DNA from: Tubulanus polymorphus | Taxonomy: Eukaryota > Animalia > Nemertea | Direction of reading: 5' to 3' | Length of the DNA: 64,000 nt | Assembly (NCBI RefSeq): GCF_964204645.1 | Contig: NC_134031.1 | Location: forward strand, 6,758,001-6,822,000 | Part shown: one piece after another, positions 40,605 to 50,097 of the stretch | How the letters are laid out: each line of letters begins with the position of its first letter | Position numbering within the stretch: position 1 is the first letter of the stretch | The notes under the pieces: model-generated | Database searches by the model: none | What the model was told of the DNA's origin: nothing | What the model saw: only the letters and a program-made list of their open reading frames with translations | Made by a program: the position numbers and the translations under genes

Positions 40605-42074
40605 ATGGAAGTAGAAGGTGGAGAAGATTATGAAATGGGAGAAATGGGAAATAATAATGAAGGATATATTGATGATGAACCACAACCAGATTTTAATGAA
40701 ACTAATATTGATAATGATGATGAATCAGCATATAATTCTAATTTAGCAGATAGTGGTTCTAAAGGTCAATCAACAGATGAATTTGATAGAAGAACTAGAT
40801 CGAGAATAAATCCTGAAAATGAAAATCCAGATTTAGTAAAACAAAATTTAGAATATAATGAATATATTTATAATTTCAAACCTATATTTGAAAAATCTGG
40901 ATATAATATCAATGCTAGAGGCGCCAGACTTTTAGTACAAGAATTAAAATCTTTAGATGGTGAATATTATTATCATTTGAAAGATGATTATTATATTGAT
41001 ATCTCTTATAAAAAACAAAACAAAATATTAGCAGAATCAACTTTGCTTAAGTCTGACTCATTACTATCTAGAATTAAAAGAATAAGAAATAGTAATGAAA
41101 TAGAAGATGTAACACAAGAAGAAATTATTAAAAATGAAAGAGTATTTAAACAAAGAATTAATGAATTATTTGAAACAATCGATAATAATTTAGAAACAGA
41201 AACAACTTCTGAACAGAATATAACTTCCAAAACTAGTAAACTTAAATCAAATAAAGTTCCAATTGAAAAACTTTTACCGAATGGGTTACTTGATGCAACA
41301 GATCAAGAATTAGAAGATTTAGATATATTTTCTGATAAAGCAATTAGAGAAATTATTAGTATAAGACTTGCATCTGATAAAATTTCGCATGATAAAAGTA
41401 TAAGAGATTTTAAAATTAGAACTTTAGAAAAAGAATTAACTGATAAAAATAAAGAAATAGAACAACTAAAATTAGATAGAGATAATAAAGTTATTGAAGA
41501 AATTGAATTTAAAAAAAGAAATGCATATTTAGAAAAAGAAATTGATGATTTAGAATATAACATAGAATTACAAAAAGAAGAAATTAAATTATTATTAAAA
41601 TCATATGATTATAATATTAATAGATTAAAAGTTATTTTTAAAGATTTGTTGATTAAACCAAATTCTGAAATATCATTAAAAGACAGAATAAAGTTATTAT
41701 TTAAATTAGAAGGAATAACAATTCTTTCAATTCTAACAGCTGTAACTATGTTATTTACAACAATTGGTTTAGCAATATCAAATGCTTTGAAATCTACTCC
41801 TACTCCAAATAAACCAGATAAACCTCCAGGTAATAATTCTATACAAGATAAAGTAAAGGATGGTTTAAAGAAATTAGCAAAATATTTATGGGAACTATCA
41901 AAGAAATCTGCTGCAGCATTGCCAGGAGTTATTGCTTCAATTGTTGGTTTTATATTGAAATCTGCAGGAAACATTATTAACTTTGCTGCTGAACATATTA
42001 TTTTATTTTTAATTACAGTTGTAAGTGCTATTATTTTTGGTTTAGTAAATATGATATCAAAAAATATCAAGTAA
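40605..42074 (+). CDS. Acidic N-terminus, long coiled coil and multi-TM C-terminus (489 aa)
   Basis: Heptad-rich middle region; about three hydrophobic segments at the C-terminus. Confidence 0.8.
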   Translation: MEVEGGEDYEMGEMGNNNEGYIDDEPQPDFNETNIDNDDESAYNSNLADSGSKGQSTDEFDRRTRSRINPENENPDLVKQNLEYNEYIYNFKPIFEKSGYNINARGARLLVQELKSLDGEYYYHLKDDYYIDISYKKQNKILAESTLLKSDSLLSRIKRIRNSNEIEDVTQEEIIKNERVFKQRINELFETIDNNLETETTSEQNITSKTSKLKSNKVPIEKLLPNGLLDATDQELEDLDIFSDKAIREIISIRLASDKISHDKSIRDFKIRTLEKELTDKNKEIEQLKLDRDNKVIEEIEFKKRNAYLEKEIDDLEYNIELQKEEIKLLLKSYDYNINRLKVIFKDLLIKPNSEISLKDRIKLLFKLEGITILSILTAVTMLFTTIGLAISNALKSTPTPNKPDKPPGNNSIQDKVKDGLKKLAKYLWELSKKSAAALPGVIASIVGFILKSAGNIINFAAEHIILFLITVVSAIIFGLVNMISKNIK

Positions 42075-42115
42075 ACCATGATAAAAAATAAATAATTAAT
42101 TTTTTTGTTAAATAA

Positions 42116-43363
42116 ATGAGTGGGAGTTATATAAGTCCTTCGAAGATTTCTAGAATATCTAATGCTATTAAAGCAGAAAGATCACATCATATAATTACTC
42201 ATAACCCTTCAAATATTAATCCCGATGAAACTTTATATGTTAGAATCCCTCGATTAACACAAAATACTTTTTATGTTCCAAATAGTATTTATTTATCAGC
42301 CGATATAAAAGTAATCGGTAATAATAATAATTATGTTGTCGATAATGTTGGAAGATATTTGATTAAAAAATTAATAATAAAGATTGGACCAGAAACAGTT
42401 TTCTCATTAGATGATTATAATTTATTTATGCATTATAAAGATTTATGGTTAACTAAAGAAAATAGAAATAATATGATATTTCAAGGAATTCAATCAGAAA
42501 ACCAAAATAAATTAAGATCAGAAGCTAATAGCGCAATATTAACTAATGATGTAGATAAATTGATAAAAAGTATATATGGAAGCAAATATAAAATTCCATT
42601 AGACTTTGAATTGATAAATAATAATGCACCTTTATATAAATACGCAATTCAAGAAGATATTATATTTGAGATAACATTTGCTCCTGTAAATGAAATCGTA
42701 ATATCTAGCGTTAATAAAGATATGAGTTATAAATTATCGAATATATGTTTAGAATATGATACAGTAACTGATGAAAATATTTCAAGTATAATTCAAACTC
42801 AATACAATCAAGGATTTTCATTATTATATGATTATATTGATAAATTTAAAACTGTAACTATTAATGCAAATGATGAAATAATTAATGAGAATATTAACTT
42901 CCCTAGAAGATCTATTAAAGGTATATTAATATTTTTTACCATTGGAACGTATACTAATGGCGCAATAAATGTTGATAATTATTATAATCCTGAAATAACA
43001 AAAGTAGAAATAACTATCGAAGGAATAGCAAATAAAATATTTTGTCAAGGAATGAGAATGATTGATCAATGGGTAGAAATTAAAAAACATTTTATGAATG
43101 AAAAAGTAAAATCATTTGAAAATTGTAACATTAATCAAATTGATTATTATACCGGTAATAAATATGCATTATGGTTAGATTTTAGAACAACTGAGGATAA
43201 TTCATTACATGGTTCTGGAAAAAAACTACAAAATACAAAAGATGGAATACAATTATTCATGACAAAGAAAAAGGGAATCAAAAATTTTAAAATGCATATT
43301 TATATTATATCTGACGCACAATTAAATATTGTAAATTCACAATTAGATAGTGTTATGTATTAA
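42116..43363 (+). CDS. Probable major capsid protein (double jelly roll)
   Basis: 415 aa, beta-strand-rich alternating pattern, size and context typical of Polinton MCPs; not confirmed by profile search. Confidence 0.75.
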   Translation: MSGSYISPSKISRISNAIKAERSHHIITHNPSNINPDETLYVRIPRLTQNTFYVPNSIYLSADIKVIGNNNNYVVDNVGRYLIKKLIIKIGPETVFSLDDYNLFMHYKDLWLTKENRNNMIFQGIQSENQNKLRSEANSAILTNDVDKLIKSIYGSKYKIPLDFELINNNAPLYKYAIQEDIIFEITFAPVNEIVISSVNKDMSYKLSNICLEYDTVTDENISSIIQTQYNQGFSLLYDYIDKFKTVTINANDEIINENINFPRRSIKGILIFFTIGTYTNGAINVDNYYNPEITKVEITIEGIANKIFCQGMRMIDQWVEIKKHFMNEKVKSFENCNINQIDYYTGNKYALWLDFRTTEDNSLHGSGKKLQNTKDGIQLFMTKKKGIKNFKMHIYIISDAQLNIVNSQLDSVMY

Positions 43364-43395
43364 AATTTTAACTTTAATAAAAAATCTTATATTAA

Positions 43396-44468
43396 ATGGA
43401 AGGTGGAATATATGAAATACAAACTCCAAGTGAAATGATATCAGATATATATTATATATTACCTTATGATGAATACAGTAAGTATTTTGGAGATTACTTT
43501 AATCAATTCAAATATAGAATAAGTAAAATAGATAAGAATATTGAAACAAAAATAGTGATAATATTGAACCTAAAATAGAAGATAATATTGAACCTAAAAT
43601 AGAAGATAAGAATGATATTGAATATAAAATAGAAGATAATATTGAATCTAAAATAGAAGATAATGTTATACCTTCTACATCGAATTATGATAAGATTGAA
43701 CCTGATATCAAAACCAAAAAGATAAATGAAAAATCAAATGTTCAACCAAAAGATAACATCAGATGTATGTATTGTGAAGAAGATTTTGATAATTATAATG
43801 ATTATTTATTACACATCAAAAAAGATGAACATATTTTACAATTAGTAAAAACATATGCCAATATATATAAAGATAAATGCAAAGAGGATCAGAATTATTG
43901 TGCCTTCTGTAATGAATGTATAACAAAGGCTAATTGGGCAAAACATTATAAATTAAAAACAAAAGGTGGAAATGATTCAGCCCATGCAATACAAGTATTT
44001 AAATCTTGGTGTGAAAAATGTAAAGAATATGTAATATATGATAAACAATTGAATCATAAATACTCAATTAAACATATTGGTACAGATAATGTAATAGAAA
44101 ATCCAACAGTTATAAATCCAAAATTTAATAATAAGAATATATTAGATTATCGGTGGTATAGAAAAACATTTATAGATTATTTATTGAGTAATGATATAGT
44201 TACCATATTGAAAAAGTTAGATAACTTTAAACCAAATGTAACTTATGCAATGAACTTATTTGAACTTAAATATGATGATTTTAGAGAATTTTTAAATAAA
44301 CATTCATCTAAAACTGAAATCGAAAATTATATTCCAAAAATATTTTCAAGAAAAACATTCAATAAATATAAACTCGAGAATCATTTAGGACCTATACCAA
44401 TGAAAATGCAAAGGAATTTATGGTTAGAATACAATAAGCTTAAAGAAAAATATGAAAATGAAAATTAA
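43396..44468 (+). pseudogene. Zinc-finger protein with KIEDNIEP repeats, split by a 1-nt frameshift at ~43556
   Basis: One repeat unit reads aaaatagtgataat versus aaaatagaagataat elsewhere; the shifted frame is open through RCMYC...H...H into the 43767 ORF. Confidence 0.75.
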
Positions 44469-44855
44469 AAATATTATAGAATTCACTGTATATTGATGGA
44501 TGAATGGATGAGTTGGAAGAGTTGGATGAGTTGGATGAGTGGAAGAGTGGATGAGTATAATAATATATATATTTTACTTTTTAACACATAAATTGGAAGA
44601 ATAGTATGAGTATAAATATAATATTTATATTCTTTATTAAATTTAACACAATATATATATATTATTAAAATAATATTTAAATATAGTATAAAATTGATAA
44701 AATAACTTCAAATCAAACTCTTACTGTTTTAAAAATAAAAAACATATGTAAATTATATATTATTACACTCATCCATTCATCCACTCATCCAATTCATCCA
44801 ATTCATCCAATTCATCCACTCATCCATTAGTATACAGTGAATTCTATAATATTTT
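44468..44855. repeat. Long inverted repeat (~105-bp arms containing TGGATGAG/A units) between the convergent gene blocks
   Basis: aaaatattatagaattcactgtata at the left and tatacagtgaattctataatatttt at the right. Confidence 0.85.
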
Positions 44856-44866
44856 GAATTAGGATT

Positions 44867-45478
44867 TTATTTTATAAATTTATATTCATATGGAAATTGT
44901 AATCTCATAAGTAATTTGGAACCTTTATTATTCTTTAATTTATTCATATATTCATCATGTAATTCAGGAGGTATAATTTGATTTTCTTCCAATGATTGTT
45001 GCATAGATTTTTTATCTTTGTTATAAAATAAAACTAGAAATCTTATATTCTCTCTAAAATCTTTCACAATTGAATTATATTTCTGATTTAAAACCCATGT
45101 TGTTATCCCAAAATGTCTACCAGAGAAAGCTAAATAACATAACTCACTTTCTCTAATTTTAGAATCATGTAAATTTGCGCAATCATCAATAATAAATAAT
45201 GTATTTGATCCTTTATAAGTATCAATTGCTATTTTAATACAATTATCTAAATTTTCTTTTACTGTTTTAGAATCTAATATAATAAACTTTTTTATCTTAA
45301 CTATATCTCTATTATATGTTTTATTCATTTCATAAGTTGGGCAGAATAATATTATATTATCGAAATGATTCTGATAAATAGTTTCTAATAAATCTAATAT
45401 GAAGTGTGTTTTACCACAATTTGTAACTCCAGTTATTAACATATTATGTGGTTCAAATATAAACAAATCTTTATTCAT
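44867..45478 (-). CDS. A32/FtsK-like DNA packaging ATPase
   Basis: Walker A GVTNCGKT, Walker B FIIDD, arginine finger GRH, downstream NQ sensor. Confidence 0.92.
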   Translation of the reverse strand: MNKDLFIFEPHNMLITGVTNCGKTHFILDLLETIYQNHFDNIILFCPTYEMNKTYNRDIVKIKKFIILDSKTVKENLDNCIKIAIDTYKGSNTLFIIDDCANLHDSKIRESELCYLAFSGRHFGITTWVLNQKYNSIVKDFRENIRFLVLFYNKDKKSMQQSLEENQIIPPELHDEYMNKLKNNKGSKLLMRLQFPYEYKFIK

Positions 45479-46559
45479 TTATTCTTTTAATTTTACTAGA
45501 TAAAATCCATTCATTAAATTTATCATCATATCCTTTATATTTCACCAAAGAATACTTTTTTCCTTTAAGAGTTTTTGTTTTCAATACTTTTTCTATTTTG
45601 TATTCTATTTCATCTGGATTTGGTACAAGTGATAATTCTTGTTCATAGAAATAACCTAATATTTCTTCATCTTTTAGATCTTCTAATTTATAAACAAATG
45701 GTTTAGTTAATATTATCTTTTTAATTTTAAATATTTCTTCAGTAAAATTAGGGGTATAACCTTTATAAAATGTTTTTCGATATTTAGAAATTCTAACATG
45801 TTGTCCTATTTTAAATTTAGGTTCTCCAAAATCATGTGTAACAAATGCTCCATATAAATTATTCCAAACTATTTCTGAATTTTCTTCTTTTCTAGCTTGT
45901 ATAGGTTTCATATTTATAGAACTATGTTTAGAATTATTATAACCTTTAACTAAATCATCTAACACATCGATATATTTATATGTTTCATTAGCGGTGAAAT
46001 ATTTCCACATTCTAGTTTTCAATGTTTTATTAAATCTTTCTATAACAGATGCTTTTTTATCTGAATGTGTTGAAAAATATTCTACATCGTTATCAGATAA
46101 TAGTTTTTTGAAATGTTTGTTATAAAATTCTTTACCTTCATCAAATTGTATTTTATCTGGAATAGCTTCTTTAAATATTAATTTGAAAGAATTTGTAACT
46201 TCTATACCAGTTTTATTTTTAATCGGGATACTCCATGCGTATCTACTGAATATATCTATAACATTTAGTATCCAAAAATATCCTTTGTTGTATTCTTCTA
46301 AGTTTTTCATGTCAATTAAATCTGCTTGCCATTGTTGATCAATATATGAAACCATTACTTTTCTTGTTAAATATTTTTTATCCATCTTTTTATGAATTTG
46401 ATATGTGGGTTGATTTTGTAACCATGATTTTAATTCACTATATTTTATTTTTTCTTTATCAGATTTAATTTTATCCCATAATTCTGAAACACTTGAATAT
46501 GAAACTTCACTTTCTGGGTTATAATATAAATCTCTTAAATATTGTTCTTTTTTCATCAT
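45471..46559 (-). CDS. Retroviral-like DDE integrase with C-terminal chromodomain
   Basis: WQADLIDM, IDIFSRYAW, FDEGKEF, ERFNKTLK; chromodomain YKIEKVL...VKYKGYDDKFNEW. Confidence 0.95.
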   Translation of the reverse strand: MMKKEQYLRDLYYNPESEVSYSSVSELWDKIKSDKEKIKYSELKSWLQNQPTYQIHKKMDKKYLTRKVMVSYIDQQWQADLIDMKNLEEYNKGYFWILNVIDIFSRYAWSIPIKNKTGIEVTNSFKLIFKEAIPDKIQFDEGKEFYNKHFKKLLSDNDVEYFSTHSDKKASVIERFNKTLKTRMWKYFTANETYKYIDVLDDLVKGYNNSKHSSINMKPIQARKEENSEIVWNNLYGAFVTHDFGEPKFKIGQHVRISKYRKTFYKGYTPNFTEEIFKIKKIILTKPFVYKLEDLKDEEILGYFYEQELSLVPNPDEIEYKIEKVLKTKTLKGKKYSLVKYKGYDDKFNEWILSSKIKRINE

Positions 46560-46562
46560 ATT

Positions 46563-46946
46563 TTAATCCATTAATAATATTTTAGATTTATTTTCATTTG
46601 ACTTATTTTCTGGTATGATAGGTTTATTGTCATTGGAATCATCTTTATCGTAAGATTTGAATTTTGATTTATATATTACACCGGATAATATAATAACTGT
46701 TACTAATCCAATTGTAATATATAATTTATAATTACTTCCAACATTATAAGAATTAGATGGATTATTATTTGAATCAATACCACCGTGTGGGTGCTGTACG
46801 GCACCATCAGATAAAGTCTGTGATTCATTTATATCAGTTAATTTCTTTTTCTTAGCTTTTTTTAATTCTGAAGATCTTTTACCTAATTCTCTTGCCCATT
46901 TAATTTGTTTATCGGATCTAGCCTTTTTCTTAACTCCATCACTCAT
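46563..46946 (-). CDS. Basic N-terminal, single-TM protein
   Basis: Lys/Arg-rich start; LYITIGLVTVIILSGVIY; TAAATG start overlapping the upstream ORF. Confidence 0.7.
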   Translation of the reverse strand: MSDGVKKKARSDKQIKWARELGKRSSELKKAKKKKLTDINESQTLSDGAVQHPHGGIDSNNNPSNSYNVGSNYKLYITIGLVTVIILSGVIYKSKFKSYDKDDSNDNKPIIPENKSNENKSKILLMD

Positions 46947-47547
46947 TTATTTTAGTTAATTTTTGTTCTGATTCATTTTCTGTTTCGACGTTTGGTTGTA
47001 GTACAGCGTCATCTGTTTCGTTCTTACCTGATTTATATTCCATAGGTTTGATGTTCGAAAATGTAATGACACCAGTAGAAATCAATGTCATAACCGATCC
47101 TAATTGAAATGAAGCATAACCGACCCATTTTTGTAATTCAGTCATAACTAAATAGTCATTTTTCAAATCATTATATAATTTATTTTCATCATCAATTGGT
47201 ATTAACTGGTTACATAATTTTGAATAACATTTGACAATACCATCTGAAACAGAATCATTTATTCTAGCTAATCGAGCTTCTTCATAAATCTTAAAATATT
47301 TTATTACTTTATCGGGTTTCATAGCATCTAATTCTTGAAAAGTAATGATTCTATTTAAAAACTCATTAGTTTTTCCACCGGCAATCAATAGTTCTATATG
47401 GTGCTTACAATATAAATTGTATTCATAATCTATATTGTTATTAACTTGAATAGAATTAGAAACAACTGTATCTTTATTATCACTAATACCTAAATCATCT
47501 AATGTATTTTCAATATCAATACTATTCTTATTAGATTTCTTTGACAT
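46939..47547 (-). CDS. Hypothetical protein with a C-proximal hydrophobic segment
   Basis: Intact 202-aa ORF; T-run then TAAATG start. Confidence 0.7.
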   Translation of the reverse strand: MSKKSNKNSIDIENTLDDLGISDNKDTVVSNSIQVNNNIDYEYNLYCKHHIELLIAGGKTNEFLNRIITFQELDAMKPDKVIKYFKIYEEARLARINDSVSDGIVKCYSKLCNQLIPIDDENKLYNDLKNDYLVMTELQKWVGYASFQLGSVMTLISTGVITFSNIKPMEYKSGKNETDDAVLQPNVETENESEQKLTKINE

Positions 47548-47967
47548 TTATATTAGAGTAAAAAAGCAAAAAAAATATTATAAGTATTCTTCAAATGATA
47601 CTAGTATCTCTTTAGGTTAATACTAAATTGATTAGGTTAGTTAAAGTTAAAGAATTTCTATTCAAATCTATTCAAAATCTATTCAATCTAATGTCAATTA
47701 GAATTACCAAAAGAAAATATTAAAAATATAACAGAATTCACTAGCTAGTTGAAGTTATTGTTTTTTTATTATATTTTATTTAAATTAGGATTTAGATTAT
47801 CTCACTACTATTGTCTATCTATTAGGAGCAGTAATTATAACTGTCCAGATAAGTCATTTCGGATCCTCGATATCAAATCCTCAACTGAAAATAAATTCAA
47901 AGAAACGACTGGTGGAATTACTATTTCATAAACACATATATTTATTATGTAAATTTTAGCGATCGAT

Positions 47968-48220
47968 AATAGAACAATGGAGAACAATAGAAATGCGGTC
48001 CAATCGGACCGGTTATTGCGCAATACACGGTTATATTTTTATTCTAACAACGATCAATAATAGAACAATGGAGAACAATAGAAATGCGGTCCAATCGGAC
48101 CGGTTATTGCGCAATACTTAGTTAACAGTAAACAATCAATACAGAACAATGGAGAACAATAGAAATGCGGTCCAATCGGACCGGTTATTGCGCAATACTT
48201 AGTTAACAGTAAACAATACA
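47968..48220. repeat. Three direct repeats of a ~57-bp core containing two palindromes
   Basis: agaacaatggagaacaatagaaatgcGGTCCaatcGGACCggtTATTGCGCAATAc at 47971, 48062 and 48143. Confidence 0.9.
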
Positions 48221-48285
48221 ATATTAAAACAGATATATACAACATTTTTTGATATCTATATTACAAAGACCTTCAGTGTTATAAT

Positions 48286-48753
48286 TTATAATTTTGTCCA
48301 GAATTCTTTAATTACTGGATTGTTTCCAATCATTTCTTCAATTTCTGGTAAATGTCTTACTACTTCACTAAATGCTAATCCTAATATTTTGAATTTTTCA
48401 TATTTTATTAATCTACCTACTCTTCTCAGTTTTCTTTCAAAACCGGCACTGATATCTCCACTCATTTTCTTAGTTTTCGATTATTTGAGTCCCAACAGCA
48501 ATTTAAGTCGCGTTGCTGGTAATTTTGGTAATTGTAGTTCGCGCGGTAATTGTTTATTATGTATTACATCACTCAGAGTTTTCACCATTTCTTGATGATA
48601 GTCCAAATGTTCTTATAATTTTTGTGAAGTTTGTTCGTCAATTACGAGAGTTTTATCCTCCATTTCTATTGATTCCTGAGTTTCACTATCTATCGTTTCT
48701 GGTTCCTCATACGTTGGTTGGCTTAGAATTTCTGGTCGATCTTTGTGTTCCAT
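48286..48753 (-). pseudogene. ~155-codon element gene with two in-frame TAA stops
   Basis: Starts TAAAATG GAA CAC; one frame runs to TAA at 48286 with internal TAAs near 48613 and 48481. Confidence 0.6.
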
Positions 48754-49101
48754 TTTAATCTAAAAGATATCGTGAAATTGAATTACTATACTTAAATATG
48801 TTTAAAGGTTTCCCTACTTCATAATAACTACAAAAAACGGTACTTACATTTAGATTTAGAACTGTAAACTGTGTTTTGAGAGAGAATATCCAATACGTAC
48901 TATGTATGTGAATGTTGATTTCTAACTGCCGACGTGGCGCACGTTCGACCAAACTAATTACTTCTGCACAGATGTTCTTTATGATGAAGTTAATTAATTC
49001 TTTAGAATTGAAAACAAGATATATTTGGCAACATATGTTTTAGTAGTAAGCAAAAGCTATGTATTATATACATACAAAGCTCAAATAGAATTGCCAGCTT
49101 T

Positions 49102-49767
49102 CTAACCACTGATCAAAACCTCAGAATGCGGTTGATTCTGTGAAATACTATTCCATAATTCAACAAATGTCTTTGCTTTATCCAGTTGATCTAAATATAA
49201 CTGTATATCTAGTTTATTAGATTTAATTATGTTTTCTTTCTTTTCAAGAGGCCTTAAATTTCCCCAACCCCAAATAAGTTTTTTATTGTATTCATCATTC
49301 ATGTTAAATTTAGAAATCGGCAACACATGATCAATATGAAAGTATTCACCGTAATTATCTATATTCATTTTATCATCGAATTGATATATAATCCATGATT
49401 TGAGAAATTCACCTGAACAACCCAATAAATTAGATAATGTTTCTGAATGTGTTTCTTTGTTGAATAATTGTGTTAATCTAGATCTTAAACACTGTTTCAA
49501 TCTAAAATTAAGATCTGTTTGATATCTTTCTCTCATATATTCTGCCATATAATAATTATAATGTTCTATATTATCTTCTCGGTATTGTTTGGTGTATAGT
49601 TTAAAACAAGTTTTACAGCAATATTGAAAACCATCTTTGCTAATCTTACGCTTACTAAATTCTGTTAATGATTTATCTAATTCACATTTAGAACACTTCT
49701 TGTAGTATATGTTTATAACGCCAGTGTTATTTGTAATATTTATAGTTTGTGGTTGTTCTGGTTCCAT
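49102..49767 (-). CDS. HNH endonuclease with N-terminal Cys4 zinc-binding motif (type common in large DNA viruses and phages)
   Basis: CSKC...CKTC; HIDHVLP...WGNLRPLEKKENIIK. Confidence 0.85.
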   Translation of the reverse strand: MEPEQPQTINITNNTGVINIYYKKCSKCELDKSLTEFSKRKISKDGFQYCCKTCFKLYTKQYREDNIEHYNYYMAEYMRERYQTDLNFRLKQCLRSRLTQLFNKETHSETLSNLLGCSGEFLKSWIIYQFDDKMNIDNYGEYFHIDHVLPISKFNMNDEYNKKLIWGWGNLRPLEKKENIIKSNKLDIQLYLDQLDKAKTFVELWNSISQNQPHSEVLISG

Positions 49768-49845
49768 TTATTATATGTATTTTTTACTAAATTGGTTAAT
49801 AATTTTAGAATCCTCTTCCATTTCTTCGACCAACATCATCCTTTT

Positions 49846-50097
49846 TCATTCTTCGTTGCTTTTGATAAGTTGTTTCGATTCCTTGATATCAAATTCCTCA
49901 ACGTATTGTTCATTATTTGGATCATTATTCCATAATTCAATAAATTTCTTTGCTTTTGTTAAATGTTCTGAATATAACTGTAAATATTCTAATTTCAATT
50001 TATTTTCTAAATGTGTTTTAGTTTTATTGTGTCTTGCTTTTTGGGATTTATCTATATCGATATTACATGTTGGGCAGTAGTACTTATTTGCTTCCAT
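49846..50097 (-). CDS. Chimeric ORF: pPolB N-terminal zinc finger (from the TIR) fused to an HNH-like C-terminal tail
   Basis: First 38 aa identical to pPolB; LQLYSEHLTKAKKFIELWN resembles IQLYLDQLDKAKTFVELWN of the neighbouring HNH. Confidence 0.7.
   Translation of the reverse strand: MEANKYYCPTCNIDIDKSQKARHNKTKTHLENKLKLEYLQLYSEHLTKAKKFIELWNNDPNNEQYVEEFDIKESKQLIKSNEE

Noticed and set aside
47968-48220. CRISPR-like array
   Set aside because: Only three long repeats, two of the following segments are near-identical, no cas genes, eukaryotic context.
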